From assembly GCA_963805975.1 (NCBI GenBank), contig CAWDVR010000004.1:128001-192000 (forward strand): a stretch of DNA of 64,000 nt. The letters are read 5' to 3'. Position 1 is the stretch's first letter; every line of letters starts with the position of its first letter. Source of the stretch: an uncultured Acidobacteriota bacterium (GTDB lineage Bacteria > Acidobacteriota > Thermoanaerobaculia > Multivoradales > SZUA-115). Below are positions 18,960 to 29,438 of this stretch, piece by piece. The notes beneath the pieces are model-generated. The model saw nothing but the letters and a program-made list of their open reading frames with translations. It did no database searches and was not told where the DNA came from. The translations under genes were made by a program, and so were the position numbers.

Positions 18960-20606
18960 TCAGCGTTTCGTGCGAGCGCCTTTTTCCTCGACGGAAAGCA
19001 CCCAGCCGACGAGCTTCCCGGGCTCGATCGGCCCCTGAGCGGGCCAGAAATCGTGCTGCCGCAGATGGCGGCTCGAGGAGTCGCCCGCGGGCAGGGCGTC
19101 GATCTCGGCATGGATCGCCGCGATCCGCTCCACCCACCGGCGGCAGTTGGCCTCCCGCAGGTCCACCCAGCCGTCCTGAACCCAGGTCTCGAGCTTGGCT
19201 GCCGTCACCGGCTCCGCCTTGGCGTCCCCAGGCACCAGCACCTGGGGCCCGCGGATCACCTCCCCCGAGGCGAGCAGCACGGGAACGCCGACCGCCGCGA
19301 TCTCGTTGGCGAGCTCCGGCTCGCTCGCCACCTTGGCGTTGAGGCGTGCCGAGACCTCGGAGGGCTGGCAGTCGGCCACCGACGCCAGGGTGGCGAAGGT
19401 CTCGCGCAGCAGGTGGGCCTCGAACAGCAGCTTCGAGACCCGCGGTGGCCCAAGCATCTCGAAGGCCACGCTCCGCGTGCCACCGTGCCGGCGCTCGAGC
19501 TCGTTCATGCGCTCGAGCGCCCGGTGGCGCAGGACGCCCGCCCGGTAGGTGGGGCCGAACACGGCGCCGTCGAGCGCCGCGACGATGTCGTGCCCGGTGT
19601 TGCCGCCTTCGATCTCGTAGACCGCGTATTGCGCGATCTCCTCCGGGGTCACGAACTCCATCTGCTCGAGGGTGGTCAGGGTGGCGAACTCCTCGAGGCT
19701 GAAGAGCCCGTTCTCGCCGGTGTCGATGTAGGTGGCCTCGAGCGCCTGGTCGAGCTCCCGCGCCGCGTCCGGGTCGCAGGTCGAGAAGGTGGCGCCGAGC
19801 GGCCGTGGCCGGGCGTCGACTCTCTGGAGCGGCTGGCCACGGCGGTGGATGGGGCCGTGGCCGATCTTCTTCCAGCCGATGGCCGCGGCCGGCTTGATCT
19901 CCTTGGTGATCGGCGCGCCGGGCGTTCTCGCCATCAGGAACAGCAGCATGGAGTGGGCGCCGGCGAGCGCGCTCTTGGCAAGAAGCACCCGGCTCGGGCG
20001 CTCCTCGGAGTGGGTGTAGGGGATGTTGAGGCCCATTCCGCCGGTGCCGGTAGTGCCGACCTTGAGGTATACCTTGGCGCCGGCGTCGACCATGCCGCGG
20101 TAGAGCACCTGGAGGTGGCGGATCAGGCCGGGGGTCGCCAGCGCTTCGAGCAGATCCTCGACGGCGGCGCCGTCGAGAGGGCCGGCGTCGGTATCGCCGG
20201 CGCCCAGCATTTCGGCCACCTTGCCCGCGGCCTTGAACTGGTCGCGGTAGGCGATGCCGGTCGCCGTGTTCACGCAATCGACGACGATATCCGGCTGGGC
20301 GGCGGTGAGCATCTCGTAGAGCAGGTAGCTCGCGAGCGTTTCCTCCGACAGGGCTCCGAGCTGTGCCAGGAGGCTGGCCCGCCGCGAGGGCTCGCCCAAC
20401 TGCCCGAAGATGTCGCCCCAGGAGACGGTGAGCGCTGCGCCCCCGGCCTCCGCCGCCAGCTCGCCGCGCGCGGCCTCCGCCTCCTCGCGCCGCAAGCTGT
20501 GGATCTGCACCTCGCGCGGGCCCTTGGCCAGCACCTCACGGCACACCGCCATGCCCACCAGGCCGTAGCCTCCCAACACGAGGACCTTGCGCCCTCCGAT
20601 GTTCAC
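18960..20606 (-). CDS. Uncharacterised NAD(P)-binding Rossmann-fold (SDR-like) protein, about 548 aa
   Basis: GTG start after GGGAGG; VLVLGGYGLVG, DCVNTAT, KVGTTGTGGMG. Confidence 0.75.
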   Translation of the reverse strand: MNIGGRKVLVLGGYGLVGMAVCREVLAKGPREVQIHSLRREEAEAARGELAAEAGGAALTVSWGDIFGQLGEPSRRASLLAQLGALSEETLASYLLYEMLTAAQPDIVVDCVNTATGIAYRDQFKAAGKVAEMLGAGDTDAGPLDGAAVEDLLEALATPGLIRHLQVLYRGMVDAGAKVYLKVGTTGTGGMGLNIPYTHSEERPSRVLLAKSALAGAHSMLLFLMARTPGAPITKEIKPAAAIGWKKIGHGPIHRRGQPLQRVDARPRPLGATFSTCDPDAARELDQALEATYIDTGENGLFSLEEFATLTTLEQMEFVTPEEIAQYAVYEIEGGNTGHDIVAALDGAVFGPTYRAGVLRHRALERMNELERRHGGTRSVAFEMLGPPRVSKLLFEAHLLRETFATLASVADCQPSEVSARLNAKVASEPELANEIAAVGVPVLLASGEVIRGPQVLVPGDAKAEPVTAAKLETWVQDGWVDLREANCRRWVERIAAIHAEIDALPAGDSSSRHLRQHDFWPAQGPIEPGKLVGWVLSVEEKGARTKR

Positions 20607-20757
20607 CGCTTTGTCCTCCCGGGATTCGAAACGTCCGCCGTCGCCGGCTGCCGCACCGCGGCTGGGGAGAGGCGATCCTATACGATAAGCTCCGCGCCCC
20701 CGGCGCTCCACGCGCGCCGTCCACCCAACAGGCAGCACGATCAAAGCCGAGGTCGGA

Positions 20758-22358
<1,601 letters not shown>

Positions 22359-22362
<4 letters not shown>

Positions 22363-24581
22363 GCGCGCTGCGCCCGCTGCCCGACCTCGCACGCGAGCTC
22401 AACCCCGAGCAGCTCGCCGCCGTGACCCACGGCGAGGGGCCGCAGCTCGTGCTGGCCGGCGCCGGCTCGGGAAAGACGCGGGTCATCACCTTTCGCATCG
22501 CCTGGCTGGTCCACGAGCGCGGAGTGGACCCGTCGCGCATCGTGGCCGTCACCTTCACCAACAAGGCGGCGGCCGAGATGCGCGAGCGGGTGGAGGAACT
22601 GCTGGGGTTGATGCCGCTGCCCACCTTCGTCGGCACCTTCCACCGTTTCGCGCTCACCCTGTTGCGCCGCTGGGGCGACCGCGTGGGCCTGGCGCGCGAC
22701 TTCTCGATCCTCGACTCGGCCGACCAGCGCGCGCTCGTCAAGCAGGCGCTCGCCGACGAGCAGCTCTCGGAGAAGGCGTTCGCGCCCAACGCCGTGCACG
22801 CCGCGATCAGTGCCGCCAAGAACCGGCTGCTCGACCATCAGTCCTACGCCGCCCAGGCGTCGACTTTTTTCGAGAAGAAAGTGGCGCAGGTCTTCCACCG
22901 CTACCAGACCCTCGCCAAGCAGGGCTCGGCAATCGACTTCGACGACATGCTCGCCCTCGCGGTCAAGCTCCTGCGCACCGACGAGGAGGTCGCGAGCCGG
23001 GTGCGCTTCCGGGCCGAGTACCTGCTGGTGGACGAGTACCAGGACACCAATCACGCGCAGCTCGCGCTGATCGAGCTGCTGGCCGGCAAGGACGGCAACC
23101 TGACCGCGGTCGGCGACGAGGACCAGGGCATCTACCGCTGGCGGGGGGCCGAGCTCGAGAACATCCTCGAGTTCGAGAAGGGCTTTCCCCAGGCCGTGGT
23201 GAGAAAGCTCGAGCGCAACTATCGCTCGACCCAGAACATCCTCGACGCCTCGGGCGCGCTCGTCGCCCACAACCAGCACCGCCGCGGCAAGCGCCTGTGG
23301 ACCGAGGCCGGTGCCGGCGAGCCCATCGTCCTCTACCGGGCGAGCGACGAGGTGGACGAAGCGCGCTGGGTGGTGGACACGATCACCGCGCTGCGCCATC
23401 GGCACAAGCTCGCCGAGATGGCGATCCTGGTGCGCACCAACGCCCAGACGCGGGCGCTCGAGGACGAGCTCCTGCGCCAGGAGGTGCCCTACACGCTGGT
23501 CGGCGGCGTGCGCTTCTACGAGCGCGCCGAGATCAAGGACCTGGTGGCCTACCTGCGCGTGCTCCGCAACCCGCGCGACACCTTGTCCCTGTCGCGCATC
23601 ATCAACCAGCCGCCGCGCGGCATCGGCAAGAGCTCGCTCGACCGCCTGCGCGAGGCCGCGATGGAGCTCGGCCAGCCGGTCTGGGACGTGCTCTACCTGG
23701 ACCAGCTCGGCGGCTTCGCGGCGAGGAGCGCCCAGGCGCTGCGGGGCTTGCGCGACCTCGTCGTGCGCCTCCAGGAGGCTTCGCGCGTGCTGCTCCTGCC
23801 GCAGCTCCTCGAAGCCCTGCTCGAGGAAACCAAGTACACGGAGCTCTACGACAAGAACGATCCCGAGGGCCTGGCCCGGCTCGAGAACATCCAGGAGTTC
23901 CTCTCCGCCGCCCAGGAGTTCGCGGAGAAGCACGGCCCCACCGTGGACACCGAGGAGGGCCTCCTCACCTCGTTCCTCGATCATGCCTCGTTGATGAGCG
24001 ACCTCGACGGCCTGGCCTCCGGCCGCGGGGTCTCGGTGATGACGCTCCACAGCGCCAAGGGCCTGGAGTTCGAGGCGGTGTTCGTGGCCGGGCTCGAAGA
24101 CGGCCTCCTGCCGCACTTCAACGCCCAGGGGGCGCGCGAGGACCTCGAGGAGGAACGGCGGCTGCTCTACGTGGGAATGACGCGGGCGCGCCAGAAGCTC
24201 TACCTCTCCTGCTGCCGGCGCCGCCGCGTGGCGGGCTACTACCAGGACCAGATGGAGTCCCCGTTCCTCGCGGAGATCCCGGCCGAGCTCGTCGACACCC
24301 GACTGAGCCCCAGCCTCTTCCCCGACTCCAGAGGCTCGGGCGTGCGCTCTTTCTTCGGCGGTGATCGCTCTCGGTTCGCCGGCGCGCCGCCCATCGTCAG
24401 TCGGGGTGCGCCTCCCGGCCCGGCGCTCTCCCAGGGCACGCGCGTGCGCCACCCCACCCTGGGACCGGGCACGGTGCTCGAGCTCGACGGCAGCGGCGAC
24501 CTCGCCAAGGTGACGATCTTCTTCGAGCGCGAGGGCAAGCGCCGCCTGCTCTTGAAGTACGCGAACCTGGAAGAAGCCTGA
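22359..24581 (+). CDS. uvrD: UvrD/PcrA ATP-dependent DNA helicase
   Basis: [52 protein letters not shown], and C-terminal Tudor [10 protein letters not shown]. Confidence 0.96.
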
Positions 24582-24597
24582 TCCGGCGGGACGCGGC

Positions 24598-26055
24598 TCA
24601 GGCCCCGAGCGCGGCGGCCTGTTCGCGGAGGATCTGCAGCGCCAGGTCGATCGTCCGCCGGTGGGTCCGGAAGGACAGCGCGACCATGCGCAGCGTGAAG
24701 CGGCCGTCGAGCAGCGTCGAGGAGAGAAACACCCGGCCGTCCCGCCGCACCCGGTCGACGATCACCTGGTTGAGCTCGTTGGCGCGCTCCAGGCTCACGC
24801 CGGGCGGGGCCCAGCGGAAGGTGACGATCGACAGGTCGGGCGGTGGGCCGACCTCGAAGCCGAGAGCCTGGATCTCCCGTTGGAAGTAGCGGGCCAGGAG
24901 CAGCTTCTCGTCGAGCGCCGCCGCGAAGGGCTTCGTGCCCAGCAGGATGAGCGGCAGCCACATGCGGAGCGCCCGAAAGGGCTTGCGTCAGCTCGGGCGA
25001 CAGGTCGGCGGGCGAGATCTCGCCGGGCTCCACGCTCGCGCGTCCTGCATGTAGGCGCCCGAGAAGCGGTGCGTGGCCGCGAGCAGCCTCGGCGTCCCGA
25101 ACCACCACGATCCCGGCCCCCCAGGGCAGGAAGAGGCTCTTGTGCGGATCGAGGACCACCGAGTCGGAGCGCTCGATCCCGCGGAGCGCTCTCCGGCCGT
25201 GCTCGGTCAGGAGGAAGAAGCCGCCGTACGCCGCGTCCACGTGGAACCAGCAGCGCTCGCGCTCGCGCGATGGTGGCGATCTCGTCGAGCGGGTCCACCG
25301 CGCCGGTGTCCGTGGTGCCCGCGGCGGCGATGATCAGCCATGGCTTCGCGCCCCGGGCACGGTCGGCGGCGATGGCCTCCGCCAGCGCCTCGGGCCGCAT
25401 CCGGAAGCCGTCGTCGATCGGGACGTAGCGAACCTGCACCTCGCCGAGCCCCGCGATGCGGAGGGCCTTCTCGAGGCAGTGGTGGGCCTGGGTCGTGAGG
25501 TAGACCACCGCCGAGGCGAGATCGGCCCCGCGGAGGCCATGGGCGTCGCGGGCCGTGGCGATCGCCGTCAGGCTGGCGATGCTGCCGCCGGAGGCGATGT
25601 TGCCGGCGGCCCCGGCCGGGTAGCCCACCAGGTCGGCCACCCAGCGCAGCAGCATGTTCTCCATCCGCACCGGCCCGGGGCCGGTAAAGGAGATGCCCGC
25701 GTACTTGTTGCTGACCGCGGCCAGATAATCGGCCAGCGCCGAGTGGTAGATCCCGCCGCCCGGGATGTAGGCCAGGTGCGCGCCCGAGGCCGGGTTGCCG
25801 CCGGGGCGGACCACGTCGTGCTCCAGCAGCTCGATCGACGGCGTCGAGCGGGATGCCCTGCTCCGAGATCGGCGAGCCCAGGAGCCCGATCCCCTGGTCG
25901 TCCGCCTCCTCGAAACCCTTGAGCGTGTCGATGGTGCGCAGAAAGCGCTCGGAGGAGGCGACCACCGCGTTGCGCAGCCGCCGGCGCTCGCCGGGCCCGG
26001 GATCGAGCGGCCTCGCGGCCCGTTCGAGCTCGCGGATGCGTCTCAGCTCAGTCAC
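24598..26055 (-). pseudogene. Group II PLP-dependent decarboxylase (aromatic amino-acid decarboxylase-like) broken by about 5 frameshifts, possibly sequencing errors
   Basis: Fragments in different frames: HLAYIPGGG, SGGSIASLTA, AAAGTTDTGAVDPL, HVDAAYGG, LDPHKSLF, LSPELT, RMWLPL, VFLSST. Confidence 0.8.
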
Positions 26056-26160
26056 GATTCTCTCCTCCGGCCGCCAAGCTACCAGGAACCGAATCGACTG
26101 AGGAGATCCATTTACGGCAATCAGCCTGTACCATTTCGAGGCTCAGGCAGACCATCCGGG

Positions 26161-26265
26161 CTCGCGCTCGACAGCAGCGGCGATCTGGCCAAGGAGGCGA
26201 TTTTCTTTGAGCGCGAGGGCAAGCGCCACCTGCTGCTGAAGTACGCGAACCTGGAAGTGGTGTAG
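26161..26265 (+). repeat. Diverged direct-repeat copy of the last 35 codons of uvrD (24477-24581)
   Basis: Gap-free manual alignment, 88/105 nt identical. [34 protein letters not shown] versus [34 protein letters not shown]. Confidence 0.93.
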
Positions 26266-26315
26266 GCGGCGGCAGCCACACGCGCCGGAGACCAGGCTTG
26301 GCCGCTGTACCTCGG

Positions 26316-26468
26316 CTATTTCCCCTTTCGACCAACTGGTGGCGGCGCTGGGGCCTTCCCCGATGGTGACTTAACTGGCGGCGCGGGCTTAGCGCCCTCC
26401 TTGATAATTGCTTCTTTAGATGGGCGATGCTCTGACGGCTGTGGTCTTTCCTCGTTCTTGCTACTCAT
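26316..26468 (-). CDS. 50-aa Pro/Lys-rich peptide coupled to the DUF6338-like gene
   Basis: ATG at 26468 overlaps the upstream gene end (GATGAGTAG) with an AGGAGA RBS. MSSKNEERPQPSEHRPSKEAIIKEGAKPAPPVKSPSGKAPAPPPVGRKGK. Confidence 0.6.
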   Translation of the reverse strand: MSSKNEERPQPSEHRPSKEAIIKEGAKPAPPVKSPSGKAPAPPPVGRKGK

Positions 26469-27141
26469 CCCTGGTCTCCTTCTCAAAGAGCCAGCCACCC
26501 ACTGGGCTGGTTCGTCGGTCACCTTCCGGGTCGTGGACGATGCCTACGGACGCAATACTCGTCGCTGGCAGGAAAAGATGTTGATAGGCGAGACTACAAT
26601 AGTCGCGCTTTTCGTCGTCGTAGCTAGCTGGCTCGCTCAGGATGAGATCTCGATCCTCGGGCGGCACGGTTGTATCCGCGTGTACCAGGATTCCGGCGTA
26701 CGCACCTCCATCTAGGAGGCGAACTACTACCCAATGGCGAGGGACAAACTCACAGACAAACCTCTTCCAGCCATCAGAGTAGGGCGTGATCGGGGACCAC
26801 CGCAAAGCCAGTCGTATAACTAAGCCACTTCCAATCCCGGCCAACGTGCTTCCAACGGTTTGCCCGACTAAGAGAAGGGCGACAGCGAACACTGTATCCT
26901 CAGATACGACCTTCGAAGACACCGAAGTTGTAAGGGTCGAGAAGATGCCCAGATCACATACTCGGCAAACCACAGAAGCAAGCACCAAGCCAGCCAAACT
27001 GAAACCTACGCTTCGGAATACGCGGCTCCAGCTCTCCTCGCGCCAGTTGGAGCTAGCTATAAGCCGATAGAGTGTTTCCCCTGGCATTCCCGGTACGATG
27101 CCAACTGCGATGGCGAAGAGGGCCCAAAGGTTAAGTTCCAT
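26461..27141 (-). CDS. DUF6338-like membrane protein (3 TM helices + C-terminal beta domain), low GC
   Basis: Hydrophobic N-terminus with IVPG, then W..F....WVVVRLLDGGAYAG...RDLILSEP...LFLPATSIASV. Spot counts give 52-58% GC. Confidence 0.7.
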   Translation of the reverse strand: MELNLWALFAIAVGIVPGMPGETLYRLIASSNWREESWSRVFRSVGFSLAGLVLASVVCRVCDLGIFSTLTTSVSSKVVSEDTVFAVALLLVGQTVGSTLAGIGSGLVIRLALRWSPITPYSDGWKRFVCEFVPRHWVVVRLLDGGAYAGILVHADTTVPPEDRDLILSEPASYDDEKRDYCSLAYQHLFLPATSIASVGIVHDPEGDRRTSPVGGWLFEKETRDE

Positions 27142-27556
27142 TTCGAAGGAGTTCCTTAGTCACCACTCCCAACTGCCATCTCTCCAACTCAAGCCCAAGC
27201 TCTGGAGCAAAGTGGCTTCGGCGTGAGTTCTGCATCTTGGCCCCCCTGGCTTTCGCCCCATTCTATGCGAGCCTTTGTGGCGTCAACGCGACGACGCGCT
27301 GGCGTCAACACAGGTATAGGTGGTCCGCGCTTGATCGCAAGCGCATCAGGCAGTGAGACGGGATTCCCGAAACAGAAACCATCGGGTACGAATCGACAGA
27401 GAGATGAGCCGACTGCAATAGGGCAACGCCGGCTTGGCCGGACTCGAAGGGCATCCCACCTAAGCAGAGGTGCGGAGGCAACCTCAACGCTGAGCACGCC
27501 TCCGTGGAGCGCCCAAGAGCCCACCTGTTAGATTGTCTGGACGACGACCAGCGCCT

Positions 27557-28012
27557 TCACCGGTTCGGACGTACGCTTTGCAACCACTCATCGTAGGTCA
27601 GCCACATCTCCAAACCCTGTTGTTCGCGGTAGACGCGGGCGATGAACGGGCCTTGATGGCGCGCAAGGAACCGCCGGATCTTCGCCATCGAGGCGACGAA
27701 GTTCTCAGCCAGTTCTCGATGCGGCGTCTGGCCGATCACTACCAGCAGGCGAACTCCGGCGCTCATGATGGCAGTCTTTGCCAGCGGGCTGTAGCCGATC
27801 CGCTTGTCGTGGCTGAGGGCTACCCAGCCCCGGGCTCCGACGGCCGCCAACCAGTCCTCGTCCGCGGTCGTCTCGGCGTCGAAGTGATCGTCGTGCCGCT
27901 CCACGCGGACGCCGGAGGCGCGGAGGTGGCGGTAGAAATCCCCGTCGAGATCGCGGTCGGTGAAGAAGACCGGATCAGGCGGCGCGGAGGTAGTAGACGA
28001 TCGCCTCTTCAA
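27557..28012 (-). CDS. VapC45-like PIN-domain toxin
   Basis: VFFTDRDL, HDDHF, DEDWLAAVGARGWVALSHDKRI. Probable TTG start overlapping the antitoxin end. Confidence 0.85.
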   Translation of the reverse strand: MKRRSSTTSAPPDPVFFTDRDLDGDFYRHLRASGVRVERHDDHFDAETTADEDWLAAVGARGWVALSHDKRIGYSPLAKTAIMSAGVRLLVVIGQTPHRELAENFVASMAKIRRFLARHQGPFIARVYREQQGLEMWLTYDEWLQSVRPNR

Positions 28013-28718
28013 CCTCGGAAGCCTCGAGGTCGTAGTTCTCGGCCAAGTGCTCGATCGTCTCGCCGGCTTCATAGCGCTCGACGAGAGTCAGGACGCGCAC
28101 TCCGCGTCTCGCGAGCACGGGTCGGCCGAAAGACACGCGCGGATCGATGACCACCAACCGGTCGGCGCTCCTGCCCTCGGGCAGGAAGGGGAAAAGCCGG
28201 ACCGGCAGCCCTCGAGAATCGCGGCCCACTCGTTCTAGGTGGGCGTTCAGAGCGTTTCGCAGCACGAGCTGACCTCCCGCCGAGAGGTTGGTGAGCCGCC
28301 CATACTCCTCGAGAAACATCGCCCCGACGCCGGCCCGCCTCCCAACCGCGGATTCGTGGCGCGTCGGCACCTTGAGCTTGTCGCTCAGGAGAAGACGCTC
28401 GATGCCGAACCGTGCTTGGGCCGTCTCGATCGCCGTGCGCACGGCGTGCATCGGAACCCCATGCTGGGTCCTGAGCGCACGCAACACGTGGGCCTCGATC
28501 AGGTTGTTGAAGGAAAGGAGGCCGCCCGCGGGATCCGCCACCTGAATCAGAGGCGGCGAAAAGCCGATCTCGACCCGGCGAGGAAAGGGCCGGCCCTTGA
28601 CCCAGGAGCGCAGCGTCGCCGGTGCCAGGAGCAAGTAACGCGCCGCCTCGGCGACCGAATAGGCACCCACTTGCCGGAAGTCCCGTTGCTCGTAGGGGCG
28701 ATGGACTCTGCTCTTCAG
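27975..28718 (-). CDS. VapB45-like antitoxin (HTH + DUF433)
   Basis: AYSVAEAARYL..PATLRSW, LSFNNLIEAHVL, VVIDPRVSFGRPVL, YEAGETIEHLAENYDL. Start is CTG at 28718 (after GGAGG) or GTG at 28670. Confidence 0.88.
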   Translation of the reverse strand: MKSRVHRPYEQRDFRQVGAYSVAEAARYLLLAPATLRSWVKGRPFPRRVEIGFSPPLIQVADPAGGLLSFNNLIEAHVLRALRTQHGVPMHAVRTAIETAQARFGIERLLLSDKLKVPTRHESAVGRRAGVGAMFLEEYGRLTNLSAGGQLVLRNALNAHLERVGRDSRGLPVRLFPFLPEGRSADRLVVIDPRVSFGRPVLARRGVRVLTLVERYEAGETIEHLAENYDLEASEVEEAIVYYLRAA

Positions 28719-28796
28719 ATCTTCACCTCCGCTGCTGCGGGATGGTACCAGAGGGCGATCCGTTGGCCATCGAGAAAGCTCATCATCGCAGCCCTC

Positions 28797-29381
28797 TCAT
28801 CCCAGCTTCCCGCCCGCCGGCGCCAGGTACTCGGCCTTGAGCAGCGCGTAGAGCAGGTTGTCCACGCGGCGGCCGCGCAGGCGGAAGTAGCTCTTGAGCA
28901 GCCCTTCGCAGTGGAAGCCGACTTTTTCGAGCACGCGCTTGGAGGCGAGGTTGCCCACCGCGCAGCGCGCTTCGACGCGCTCGATGGTGGTGTGGCGGAA
29001 GACGTCGTCCAGGAGCAGGTAGAGCGCCTGGGTCATCAGCCCCCGGCCCTGGAAGGAGGAGCCGAGCGCGTAGCCCACCTCGCCCAGACCATGCTCCCAG
29101 TTGTTGATCACCAGCGTGACCCAGCCGGCGGGCTGGCCGTCGCCGAGGATGATCCACTGGAACTTCTCGCCCCGGCCCTGGTTGAGGTCGGAGATGCGCT
29201 GGGTCGAGAGGTCGGAGCGCAGTTGGTTGGCCGACAGGTCGTGCAGCGGTTGGAACCGCCGCACGCTCCACTCTCCGCGCCAGCGCCAGAGGAGATCCGC
29301 GTCGCGCGGCACGGCGGGCCGCAGCGTCACGGCAGGCCTCTGGGCCACGGCAGACGGGGGTCGTCGCTCGAGGGCGGACAT
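28797..29381 (-). CDS. GNAT N-acetyltransferase (RimJ/RimL family)
   Basis: GEVGYAL...QGRGLMTQAL, NLASKRVLEKVGFHCEGLL. Confidence 0.9.
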   Translation of the reverse strand: MSALERRPPSAVAQRPAVTLRPAVPRDADLLWRWRGEWSVRRFQPLHDLSANQLRSDLSTQRISDLNQGRGEKFQWIILGDGQPAGWVTLVINNWEHGLGEVGYALGSSFQGRGLMTQALYLLLDDVFRHTTIERVEARCAVGNLASKRVLEKVGFHCEGLLKSYFRLRGRRVDNLLYALLKAEYLAPAGGKLG

Positions 29382-29438
29382 GGTTCCAGGCGGATTCTAA
29401 GGGATGAGCGCGGGCCGCCGCGGTCACTACCTCCGGGC

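Noticed and set aside
25795-26265. 156-aa + strand ORF ending in [20 protein letters not shown] as a real gene
   Set aside because: Only the last 35 codons are meaningful (the uvrD tail copy). The rest is antisense to the decarboxylase or intergenic.
27189-27531. Overlapping 111-aa (-) and 102-aa (+) ORFs in the low-GC spacer
   Set aside because: No recognisable motifs, RBS or codon bias. Left unannotated.
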